A stretch of DNA of 64,000 bases from an uncultured delta proteobacterium (lineage in GTDB: Bacteria; Desulfobacterota; Desulfobacteria; Desulfobacterales; JAFDCJ01), in contig CAVYNY010000021.1 of NCBI GenBank assembly GCA_963769935.1, positions 97,331 to 161,330 of the forward strand, given 5' to 3'. The stretch's first letter is position 1. Every line of letters begins with the position of its first letter. A model generated the notes under the pieces. The model made no database searches. It had not been told where the DNA came from and was given only the letters and a program-made list of their open reading frames with translations. The position numbers were made by a program, and so were the translations under genes. Below are positions 52,539 to 61,519 of the stretch, one piece after another.

Positions 52539-53726
52539 ATGGAATTCTTAGGCGTTAGTAACACAGACATATTTTCGGCCACGACCCAGCAGACCGGTCA
52601 GCTGGAATCTTTGGCCAATGGTGCGCTTTCAAAGGGAATCGATCTTTATATGCGGAAGGACTATGAAGGCGCCATCAAAGAATTCCGCCGTTCCATAGGC
52701 CTGGCCCCAAACTCAGATTATTCAACCGATGCCTCCAGCTACATGGCAAATGCTTATATGGCATTGGGAGATTCCGAGGGTGCTGTCAAAGCCTATGAAG
52801 ATGCCCTTAAAAGAAACCCCAATCGAGACGATATTTATATCAGTTTAGGCAACCTGTACTTTTCTGAAGAGAAATATGACAACGCCGCTGAAGCCTATGA
52901 AAAGGCAGTCAAGATTTGGCCGAGTTCGAACAATCATTACGCTCTTGGGCAGGCTTATTTAAATGCCGGCCAGTATTCAAAGGCCGATCGCGAATTTAAT
53001 GCGGTTTTCCGCATGGATCCCGATAAACCTAACGGAAACTATGGCCTGGGTCTGAATTTCAGCAAACAGGGCCGTTATGAAGACGCTATTCTTCAGTTTA
53101 AGGAAGCCGTTCGAATTGATCCCAAATTCTATGATGGCTACGCCGAGTTGGGATATGCCTATGCGGATCTGGGTGAAATGGATGAAGCCCAGCGAATAGT
53201 CGATACACTCGAGCCTGCCGCACCGGATCTGGCGGATACCCTAAGTCGCTATATGTACAAGGTGGATACGCCGAAATTTATGGTCGCCTATGCCACCAGC
53301 GGTTTTAATTACAACATGCCCTGGAAGACCCCCCTGTCGGCATTGAACGGGTATCTGGCAACGCCGAATGCAGAAAAAACATTTACAATGACCTTCCAGT
53401 TTGACAAAGAAATGGACCGGGAATCGGTTGAGAATGTACTCAATTGGCGAATCAACCGGTCTACCCAGAGTGGTCCCGGCCAGGCCTATAATTTCGGTCG
53501 TCCGGTTCCCGACACCGAAGTCACTTTGCCTCCCTTTCCAAAACAAGTCTATTACGATGCAGATAATTTGACCGCCACCGTTTATTTTGATATTAAACAA
53601 AACTCCACCGGTAACGGCACCATCGATCCGGCTCATATTGAGTTTAAATTCAGCGGTGAAGACGCCTACGGGTACAAAATGGATCCCAAAAGTGACCAGT
53701 TTATGGGGTTCTCCGGCATCGCGTGA
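52539..53726 (+). CDS. TPR-repeat protein with a C-terminal beta-rich (Ig-like) domain
   Basis: About 6 TPRs; C-terminal TFTMTFQFDKEMDRESVENVLNWRI...TATVYFDIKQN; start placed at MEFLG, downstream of the sigma28 site. Confidence 0.8.
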   Translation: MEFLGVSNTDIFSATTQQTGQLESLANGALSKGIDLYMRKDYEGAIKEFRRSIGLAPNSDYSTDASSYMANAYMALGDSEGAVKAYEDALKRNPNRDDIYISLGNLYFSEEKYDNAAEAYEKAVKIWPSSNNHYALGQAYLNAGQYSKADREFNAVFRMDPDKPNGNYGLGLNFSKQGRYEDAILQFKEAVRIDPKFYDGYAELGYAYADLGEMDEAQRIVDTLEPAAPDLADTLSRYMYKVDTPKFMVAYATSGFNYNMPWKTPLSALNGYLATPNAEKTFTMTFQFDKEMDRESVENVLNWRINRSTQSGPGQAYNFGRPVPDTEVTLPPFPKQVYYDADNLTATVYFDIKQNSTGNGTIDPAHIEFKFSGEDAYGYKMDPKSDQFMGFSGIA

Positions 53727-54057
53727 ACCTCTTTGCCGACACTCGCCGATTCCCAGCATCCAATCCGTCAATTATTTGACCCGCAAGTCATTTATTAATC
53801 ATAACGAGGTGATTTGGAATCAACCTCATACTCAAGATATTTTTGCCGGATATTCACAAGCTGTATCGGCCGGGATGCTGATGGATCAAATACGGTGAGA
53901 AAGTTAGAAAGTGAGATGATGAAACGGGGAAGCGGGGAAACGGATAACGCAGGATTGAAGAGTGATGCTCCTCCCGCAGAGCGCGGGAGGCCTCAGGAAG
54001 CCCCCTGGAAGGGGGCTGGATTAAGCTCTCATCAATTAAAATCCGAAATCCAAAGAT

Positions 54058-54228
54058 GGGACACGGATCTTCACGGATTTTCACAGATAAATTAGTTTAG
54101 GTCCGCCTGACGGCGGAAGCTGTCGTGCAGCATAGTCTGCAGGAAGAAATTAGCCTGTTTTTTTCTCGCCGAAGGCGATGGGCTTCATTGGTTTTTGAAT
54201 CTGTGTGCATCTGTGAAAATCTGTGTCC
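54058..54228. repeat. Palindromic REP-like element (CACGGAT.../...ATCTGTG)
   Basis: GGACACGGATCTTCACGGATTTTCACAGAT ... ATCTGTGTGCATCTGTGAAAATCTGTGTCC. Confidence 0.7.
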
Positions 54229-54531
54229 AAGATTTCGTATTTGTTTCGAATTTCCTATTTCGATGGTTGAATTGCCGTCTGTTTCTCACCGGATCGGTAT
54301 AACCTATCGGGGTCCTCCACCAGAGGTGGAGGGCTTATATCAGACTAAGAATTGAGGCTTTAAGACTGAGGGCTGAGAACGGAGTAGTAGCTGGAAGGTG
54401 AGATGGTGAGATGGTGAGAAAGTAAAAAGATAAGACAGCGCATTGCTGATAGAGCATAGCGTTAAGCAAGGGTTGATGACAAACTGGGATGTCGAAAAGA
54501 TCGGCGGGTAACAAGGCGGGGAATTGTAGCT

Positions 54532-56046
54532 TTATCCATCCTCCCGATAATGGGGCCCTTTGCTCTCTTTTCGAGCAAAGGCACTCTCTGCAACAAGGTT
54601 CGCTGTAATAATCAAATTGCGAACTTTAAAGTACTGTCCATTGTTTGCCAGCCCAATCAATTCAAGGGCTCTCAGCTGGTTGGCGCAGGTTTTAAGTATT
54701 TTCCTGCATTTCTTCAACCCTTTTTTGCTGCGCAAAACCCCAGCGTACTCTCCCATAGCTGCCTTAATGCGACGTTCAATTACCGCAAATGCCTGCAGGT
54801 CATCGTCATCTGACTTCACATGGTCGTCGAGGCTTTTTCTTTCCTTGCCAATGACTTGGGAAAACCCATCACTTATCCTTTTGGCACGCTGGGCGGCGGT
54901 TTGCCCTGCCCGCTTCCCAAAAACCTGCGTGGCTGTCATCATGCAGCCCCCGATGCGATCGGCCCCGTGAGGACCGGCTGCGACTTCCCCTGCTGCGTAA
55001 AGCCCCGGCACGGATGATTCGCCATTTTCATTTATTTTCACACCGCCGTTGAACGCGTGAGCGAAGTGGGTGATTTCAAGCTGACCATTAGCCGGATTTC
55101 CATTCTGCCAGTATACTGCTTTGTCGGAGCGCCGGGCTTCAGCAATGCCTATATCAACTAATCCTGATAAATCGCGGCAGCTGAAGGGCATATGTTTTTT
55201 TCTGGCCTCTAATGACTCATTTCTTTGGCTGTCCTCCGGCAGGTAATTTTTCAGAATATCAGATCCTGAAGAATTTATTACTTTGCAAGTTTGGTCCAAT
55301 TGCCCGATGGGCAAAAAATGACAGTCTCCGTTTTTTTTCATGCCCAATGCAAACTGAATAAACTCCATATTTATCAGATCTGCACCGGCAAGATGGGCCA
55401 AAGCATAGCCATCCCCTGTCCCGCCGCCATTTCCCATATTGTCATAAAAAATCCCGCTGCCGCCGCCGGTGGCCAGGATTGTCGCTTTTGCTTCTATTTG
55501 TAAGTATTCACCGGATTTCAATACAAGATATGCACCCCTGCATGTGCCGCCTTCCGAAATCAGGTCGGAGGCGTATCCTGTTACAACGTTGACGGCAAAC
55601 CGCCGGAGAATAGATAAAAACGTTTGTCGAATGTTTTCAAAATCTTTGGTGATAAATGCCCGTTCGAATTCACTGAAACAGCCTCTGGTTCGAATATGGT
55701 TCCCATCGGCGTCCTTTTTGAATTCAAGGCCGTAAGACATCAAATCTTCGACGGCCGCGCCGGATTCTTCCACCAGAATACCGACCAATCTGGGATCACT
55801 TTGGTCTAAACCGACCCGGATGATATCATTGTAAAAGGTCTCGAGATTGTCGGGGGTTCTCTCTTTTCCCACCAGTGCCTGAATTCCCCAGCCCCTGGAG
55901 ATCTTTGAAAAGCTGGAACCACCATTTGCCGCATCGTCCGCGGCTGCCAAAATCACCTCTGCGCCGTTCTCGCGGGCAGCAGCTGCTGCTCTAATTCCTG
56001 CTGCTCCGGCACCGATAACTAAGACATCTGTAGATATCGTTTCCAT
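54532..56046 (-). CDS. FAD-dependent oxidoreductase, SdhA/FrdA/NadB flavoprotein family, substrate unknown
   Basis: DVLVIGAGAAG, ILATGG, TGDGYALA, MEFIQF, GLYAAGEVA.GPHGADRIGG, ARKESKGPHYRED. Confidence 0.85.
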   Translation of the reverse strand: METISTDVLVIGAGAAGIRAAAAARENGAEVILAAADDAANGGSSFSKISRGWGIQALVGKERTPDNLETFYNDIIRVGLDQSDPRLVGILVEESGAAVEDLMSYGLEFKKDADGNHIRTRGCFSEFERAFITKDFENIRQTFLSILRRFAVNVVTGYASDLISEGGTCRGAYLVLKSGEYLQIEAKATILATGGGSGIFYDNMGNGGGTGDGYALAHLAGADLINMEFIQFALGMKKNGDCHFLPIGQLDQTCKVINSSGSDILKNYLPEDSQRNESLEARKKHMPFSCRDLSGLVDIGIAEARRSDKAVYWQNGNPANGQLEITHFAHAFNGGVKINENGESSVPGLYAAGEVAAGPHGADRIGGCMMTATQVFGKRAGQTAAQRAKRISDGFSQVIGKERKSLDDHVKSDDDDLQAFAVIERRIKAAMGEYAGVLRSKKGLKKCRKILKTCANQLRALELIGLANNGQYFKVRNLIITANLVAESAFARKESKGPHYREDG

Positions 56047-56141
56047 CGTATTGATTTTTTTATGATTTTAATCTTTTTATGTTTAGCGACGGATTGACAC
56101 GCATCAACACGAATTAAGGCTATATTCCAAGTTAGCGTTGT

Positions 56142-57920
56142 CTATCGGGCAAGCTGCTTTAGTTCAACTATTAGCATACTCATAGCCGATTCCCAGTCTC
56201 CGGGACGAGGCTGCCGGAAAAGCCGCATCGTGGGATACCAGGGAGAATCATTTCTGTCCATTAACCACTTCCAATCCGCTGCGTAGGGTAGCAAGATCCA
56301 AACAGGTATCCCCATGGCGCCTGCAAGATGGGCGACCGCCGTATCGACGCTGATAACCAGATCCAGGCATGCAATGGCGCCTGCGGTATCGGCAAATGTT
56401 TCAAATGAGGGTCCTAAATTATTTATATCAGCCGGTAAGGCATCCACCTGGTCTGCTTCACCACCCTTTTGCAGTCCGTAGATTTGGACATTATTAAGAT
56501 TGCAAAGTTGTAGAAATTTTTCCAGCGGGCAGGATCTTCCATGTTCGTTTGTTGACTTGGCGGCCCAGACCAGCCCGATTTTGATTCCCGATCCCGTGAT
56601 GTGTGCCGCCCATTGCTCTCTTTTAATATGGGAAGCATATAAATATGGTAGGGATGCCGGAATTGTCTGTAAAGTGGTCCCAAATATCCCGGGAAGACTC
56701 ATCAAAGGAATATGGAAGTCATATGCAGCCCGCGGTGGATGATCAACCGACATGGAAACCAGCTGGTCAATGCCGGCAAAATTTTGCAGCAAATCGATGA
56801 GCTCATTTCTGGTTTCCAGGATGAGGTGGCCTCCCAAAGATTTAACCATCGGCAGGTAACGGATCAACCAGATAGTATCGCCGAATCCCTGCTCGCTGTG
56901 AACAAATAGCGATTTGCCGGGAAATTTTCGTCCGTCCCACCGCGGGTCTTCCAAGCGGTGAGGGTATATTTTCTGCCACCCGTCACGTTTAAAGCGCCAT
57001 TCATATGCTTTCCAGCCTTCTTCGAAGCGGCCGGTGGCCAGCAGTGAAAGGGAGCGATTGAAGTGGGCGTCGTAATGTTCGGGATCCAGTTCAATCGCTT
57101 TATCGAAATGGTAAATCGCCCGATCCGGTTGATTCCAGTCCTGATAAAGTTTTCCTAAATTGTTATATGCATCTGCAATCGGGGGAAAATTTTCAACTGC
57201 TTTTTGGTAGCAGCCGATGGCATCATCCTCGGCCCCGCGTGAATGAAACAGGAGCCCCAGGTTGTAATTGATCGTGGTGTTATCGGGCGCCAGGCTGAGT
57301 GCCCGCTGGTAGCTGACGATAGCCGCTTTAAAATCTGTTATGTCTCGATAAACATTACCCAGGTTGTTATAGGCCTCAACATAATCAGGATTCAAAGTAA
57401 TTGCTTTTCTGAAACACGCTTCGGCGGAATCATATTGTTCCTGGAGGTGATAGGCTAATCCCATATTGTTGTATATGTCAGGCAACCGAGGGTTGACACT
57501 CTGGCTTTTCTTGTAACTATTAATAGCCTGTTGATATAGTCCCTGTTCCCGCAACGCGTTACCCAGATTACAGAGTGCCTCGACCATGTCCGGCTTCAAT
57601 TCCAGGGCTTTACGATAGTAATCTGTAGCATCAACATGGTTCCCTTCGCACTGCAAGATGTCGCCGAAACTTACATAAAACACCGGTTCGCCTTCATCAA
57701 TTTTAATGGCTCGCTTTATGAGTTCCTTTGCCCTCTGCAGAGCGCCCATCTCACCATAAATCAGTCCCAGAAGGTGCAAGGCATCGGCATGATCGGGCAT
57801 GATCTGCAGAATCTTCCTATACCCCTGCTCCGCCGATTCAAATTGCCCGGCTTTATGGCATTGCACAGCCTGTTGCAGCTCTCTGCCAATATCAATCTTA
57901 TGATCAACCGATGGATTCAT
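56142..57920 (-). CDS. TPR-repeat protein with a C-terminal GT9-like glycosyltransferase domain
   Basis: TPRs; GWKAYEWR, EQGFGDTI, PLMSLP, DLVISVDTAVAHLAGAMG, DWKW...DSPWYPTMRLFRQ. Confidence 0.9.
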   Translation of the reverse strand: MNPSVDHKIDIGRELQQAVQCHKAGQFESAEQGYRKILQIMPDHADALHLLGLIYGEMGALQRAKELIKRAIKIDEGEPVFYVSFGDILQCEGNHVDATDYYRKALELKPDMVEALCNLGNALREQGLYQQAINSYKKSQSVNPRLPDIYNNMGLAYHLQEQYDSAEACFRKAITLNPDYVEAYNNLGNVYRDITDFKAAIVSYQRALSLAPDNTTINYNLGLLFHSRGAEDDAIGCYQKAVENFPPIADAYNNLGKLYQDWNQPDRAIYHFDKAIELDPEHYDAHFNRSLSLLATGRFEEGWKAYEWRFKRDGWQKIYPHRLEDPRWDGRKFPGKSLFVHSEQGFGDTIWLIRYLPMVKSLGGHLILETRNELIDLLQNFAGIDQLVSMSVDHPPRAAYDFHIPLMSLPGIFGTTLQTIPASLPYLYASHIKREQWAAHITGSGIKIGLVWAAKSTNEHGRSCPLEKFLQLCNLNNVQIYGLQKGGEADQVDALPADINNLGPSFETFADTAGAIACLDLVISVDTAVAHLAGAMGIPVWILLPYAADWKWLMDRNDSPWYPTMRLFRQPRPGDWESAMSMLIVELKQLAR

Positions 57921-58054
57921 ACATAGTTCTGACTGTTTTATTCCTTAACCTCAAGATGCTATCAGATGTGGATTGTCACACCATATTCATTTTTTCAGTC
58001 TAAATCCTTAAATACTCATGAGCTAACCAGCTCTCTGCTCTATGCCCCATGCCA

Positions 58055-58385
58055 GTTCATGAACTCACGAACCCACGAACTCACGAACTCATAACCTTAC
58101 CAACCTCCCCGTTTCTTGCCTCCCAGCTATATTCACTATGAACTACGAGCTGAACATCTTCAATGACCTATCCTTTCACCTTTAGCCTTTCACCTCCTAC
58201 CTTTGAGCTACGAGCTATGAGCTTTACCCTATGCGTTCTGCCCTATGCCAACTCACGAACTTACCAGCTCACGAACTCATGAGCTTACCATCCCTCTGCT
58301 CTATGCCAACTCACGAACTCACGAGCTCACGAACTTATGAGCTTACCAGCTCTCTGATCTTCTACGCTTCCGAGCTTCTCAGCTT
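58055..58385. repeat. Low-complexity 7/8-mer array (AACTCACG, CTATGAG, CCTATG)
   Basis: Many imperfect GAACTCAC / GAGCTAT units; similar arrays at ~19460-19540, 26905-26990 and 33485-33540. Confidence 0.7.
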
Positions 58386-58398
58386 CCAACCCTGCATA

Positions 58399-58630
58399 TT
58401 TCGAGTAGGTCGAAGACTCCCAAGGCTATAGGAAAATGTTTGTTTTCTCTGTTATCCGCCTGCTTTCGCGGCGGTGACACACGATCTTTTCCATACCTCA
58501 GTTGCTCTCTCGCCCCTCACAGAACCGGACAAGCAGCTTTCCCACATCCGGCTCCTCGGCCTGTCATTCGATATGCCTCCGCTCTACGACAGGGGTCCAG
58601 GTCTTTGCGGATATTCGGTTTCGGCCACAC
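58399..58630 (-). mobile_element. Group II intron 3' remnant (domains V and VI plus the last codons of an intron-encoded protein)
   Basis: Minus strand GAGCCGGATGTGGGAAAGCTGCTTGTCCGGTTCTGTGAGGGG matches domain V; long domain VI ending CCTACTCGA; preceded by a PKPNIRKD maturase-like tail; no RT ORF or 5' domains seen. Confidence 0.8.
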
Positions 58631-58850
58631 CTTCTCACCTTCCCTCCCATAGCCGTCACTATCCTGACAGCCTGACACCGAATATTTGACAAGAAAATGC
58701 ACCGTTTTCCCAGAAAACGTATTAAATCTGTAAAATTCGTTCCTGCCCAGTTAAATTCGTCGCCTATTTCACCGGGGTTAATCCGTGTCCCAAATCAGCA
58801 AACCAAATTCCTCGGCTTATGTTAATTTCCCTCCAAAACCCGTACCTGTT

Positions 58851-58865
58851 TGGCTTGAAGTTTGC
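58851..58865 (+). promoter_or_regulatory. Sigma54 promoter of the 58988 gene
   Basis: TGGCTT-GAAGT-TTGC with correct -24/-12 spacing. Confidence 0.6.
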
Positions 58866-58987
58866 AAATGTCATACCAAAGGAAATCCACCATAAATTCG
58901 GGGGATTTTTAACGACCAACAACATACACGTCCATCGGTCTTAATTGCGCAATTAGATTTCAAAAATTATAACAAGCAAGGGCGAAT

Positions 58988-59641
58988 ATGATAGACCTCA
59001 CAAACGTACTGCCGGGAATATCTAAATATAATAAAATGAAAATTTTAGCTTCAGGCCGCAGTATCACAAAATACTGCATTGAAGACATATATGAAGATTC
59101 AGCCTTTTATGTTATTCTAAACCACTTCGATGTTATTCCGGGTTTGAACAGTATAACAGCTGCTCCAATTTTATTTTTCGCCCACGATTTCCATAATGGG
59201 CAATTTAATCCGGTTGCAGCAAAAAAAGCCTTAAAAAGCTTCCTGAGACGAGATAATGTCCATGTTTTTCTTCATAAAATTGAAGTTAACCGCCTAAATA
59301 TCACAATGGAAATCGAATATCCGCCGGAAAGGCTAGGCTGGATCAAAAACCTCTATCTTTACATAAAGGCCCAAAACTACATCACCTATTTTGAAAACAC
59401 TTCAAACTCCCTGCTCGGCTTTTCATCGACCCTGCATTCTCCCTTGTCCTTGGCTATAGGAAATGAGTTTATCTCGGAAGTCCATCTTTATGGGCTGGAT
59501 TTATACATTTATCAGCAGCTAAAAAGATTCGACAACAAGGGGGTGGGAAAGGATGCCCAAGTTATCTATAACGCCAATAGGTATTTGCTGAATTATCTAA
59601 ACGATAAAAGGCACGATTTAAAGATTGCCTTTTTCAATTAA
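58988..59641 (+). CDS. AT-rich protein with Maf/sialyltransferase-like (GT-A variant) motifs
   Basis: KILASGRSI resembles the IxGxGPS strand; SSTLHSPLSLA...EVHLYGLD resembles S/T..A...A.....EIYLxGxD. Confidence 0.55.
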   Translation: MIDLTNVLPGISKYNKMKILASGRSITKYCIEDIYEDSAFYVILNHFDVIPGLNSITAAPILFFAHDFHNGQFNPVAAKKALKSFLRRDNVHVFLHKIEVNRLNITMEIEYPPERLGWIKNLYLYIKAQNYITYFENTSNSLLGFSSTLHSPLSLAIGNEFISEVHLYGLDLYIYQQLKRFDNKGVGKDAQVIYNANRYLLNYLNDKRHDLKIAFFN

Positions 59642-59705
59642 ATCCAATAAATTTAAAATATTTTCTGGCGGTTGACATATTGCACAGTTGTCAAATCCAC
59701 AAAAA

Positions 59706-59740
59706 AAAACCACGCTGACGGGCGTGGTTTTATATTTTTT
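59706..59740 (+). terminator. Intrinsic terminator
   Basis: AAAACCACGC-TGACGG-GCGTGGTTTT followed by a T-rich tail. Confidence 0.75.
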
Positions 59741-59919
59741 TCAAGATTCGACAAAACGAGTATGCTGCTATCAGAAGGCAGCTACGTCCCAAAGTCGCAT
59801 ATCCATACTTCTAGCTTTCTTCGATAAGTAATACCTGCGGAATTATTGGTTAGGGCGAATCTGCTCTATAATGAGAGCCGCAGCTCTCTTTTCTGGACAA
59901 AGCTGATTTCATTTAATAA

Positions 59920-60163
59920 ATATTACTTCAGGGACAATACCGGGAATGATATCGACGTGATCTGCGATCAAGGACAACAGCTGACGTTGGTTGAAATCAA
60001 ATCAGGCCAGACCATCACGTCCGATTTCTTAAAGAGTCTGCGCTTTTTCTCAAAACAAACAGATAATCCCGATCGTTCGTTTCTGGTTTACGGTGGGGAT
60101 GCGTACTGTATCCGGGAAGGTATTGAAATCGTTGGCGGGCGAGATCTGCGTAAAGTAGTATGA
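59920..60163 (+). pseudogene. 3' fragment of the AAA+/DUF4143 ATPase (duplicate of 62434-62677)
   Basis: YYFRDNTGNDIDVICDQGQQLTLVEIKSGQTITSDF is nearly identical to the C-terminus of 61520-62677. Confidence 0.85.
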
Positions 60164-60181
60164 GCAAGAGAGCCGCCCCTC

Positions 60182-60544
60182 CTATGCTCTTGAAAGAAAA
60201 TTCCCCAATACGGATATTTTCCTTCTTCGAAAAAACAGGGGACTTTCAGCTATTGATATCGCTTTCAAATTTTCACAACCGGAAACGAACCATGGTTCCT
60301 TGCATAAGGGGATATCCCAAACCCAGTCAGGGGTCTCGATGCCCATTTCATCGCACAAGTACTCAATCGTCGATGCCAGCAAGGAATCGAACCTTTCCCC
60401 ATTTAATTGGGAAGGATTTTGAATCAGTCTATGATCATGCGTCCGTCTCAGATCATCAACGAATTCCATAAATGGAATCCGCCAAAGGTCGCCGCTTTCC
60501 AGCATTGCGCTCTTAATTTCCTGAACCGTTCTGTATTTCATCAA
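60182..60544 (-). CDS. Hypothetical protein; probable partner of the upstream nucleotidyltransferase-like pseudogene
   Basis: FMEFVDDLRR...LASTIEYLC....PDWV...LCKEPWF....AESPLFFRRRKI; start overlaps the upstream gene end. Confidence 0.65.
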   Translation of the reverse strand: MMKYRTVQEIKSAMLESGDLWRIPFMEFVDDLRRTHDHRLIQNPSQLNGERFDSLLASTIEYLCDEMGIETPDWVWDIPLCKEPWFVSGCENLKAISIAESPLFFRRRKISVLGNFLSRA

Positions 60545-60787
60545 AAATTTCCTCCAGAAAGAACTGGGTCGCCGGCCTTATAATTCTTCGAGGATAATAT
60601 TTAACTATTATTTTTATCACTTATTCAACGGATGAAAAATCGCGTCCACGTCTTTTGTACTGGGTCTTGCATCAAAAACAAGACACATAACCGAGCCACA
60701 GTACAGGCAGATTTCCCCTTTTACATTCCGCTGCCGAAGTTTTTCGTTTAAAATATGCAATTATCGTAATATTTCGTCCCTCAACAT
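60530..60787 (-). pseudogene. Nucleotidyltransferase (DUF6036/AbiEii-like) remnant with a stop codon and an internal deletion
   Basis: Manual translation: MLRDEILR*LHILNEKLRQRNVKGEICLYCGSVMCLVFDARPSTKDVDAIFHP // IIVKYYPRRIIRPATQFFLEEIF. Confidence 0.7.
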
Positions 60788-60905
60788 ATTATATCCAATC
60801 CTAATCCGCGGAAAGCCGTAGCCCGGCAGCCTTGTTCCTTATCCAGCATCACCACATGCAAAAGACTCAAAACATTTTCCGGCGCCGCCGTTGTTATCAA
60901 ACCTT

Positions 60906-61241
60906 TCAGGGCCATGTCTTCACACGATCTCGGTTTACGTAACTTCGAAATTGTGACCGGTCAATCTTAAACAGGTTGGCGAAATAGGAAATCGTTTGGG
61001 GACTTAAGGAGCGTGCTGATAGCAAAGATTATCTTATTATTTCCGCGCCGTAATAATTCCAGACGGCCCTGACCTCTTCTCTTGTGCCACGCTCCATCAC
61101 CCGGACAACCACAAAAGCAGCAAATTCATCCAGGTTCAAGGTATTGAAATCCATATCCCAGAACAGTGCAGGGCGGAGAGAATCTTTTAGTTTTTGGGAA
61201 CCAGGCTCCATCATATCCATGGTTTCATTTTTTATCATCAT
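60906..61241 (-). pseudogene. DUF6922-like (antitoxin-type) gene with a premature TAA at 61031-61029
   Basis: LRPALFWDMDF....DEFAAFVVVRVMERGT..E.RAVWNYYG; the frame continues past the stop as SLLSARSLSPQTISYFANLFKIDRSQFRSY to TGA at 60906. Confidence 0.7.
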
Positions 61242-61519
61242 TACAATTAGTTGTAAATGTTCAAATGGGGTTCAAATGGGGCTTCCGGCTAAAAAATCCA
61301 ACGAAAAAACCAGCATCCCCATATCGAAGCGTTAAACACCTTCGATTTCAGCAACGCACCCCGAAACCCACATCAATATTTTACAGATTGGTTATCAGAT
61401 TACCAATTTGTAAAAATATCTATTGCGCACCACTGCCGTTTGCATATACATATTCAGATGATTTAATTGAACCGCCATGACATATCGAATGGGTGAAGTC
61501 GAACAGGAGGATACGAAAT

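Noticed and set aside
53730..54530. Small ORFs or an sRNA between the TPR gene and the oxidoreductase
   Set aside because: The region is mostly a palindromic repeat and 7/8-mer arrays, with no supportable coding or RNA-family signal.
54532..56046. Calling this gene nadB or sdhA
   Set aside because: The catalytic motifs are altered and partner genes are absent, so only the family is supportable.
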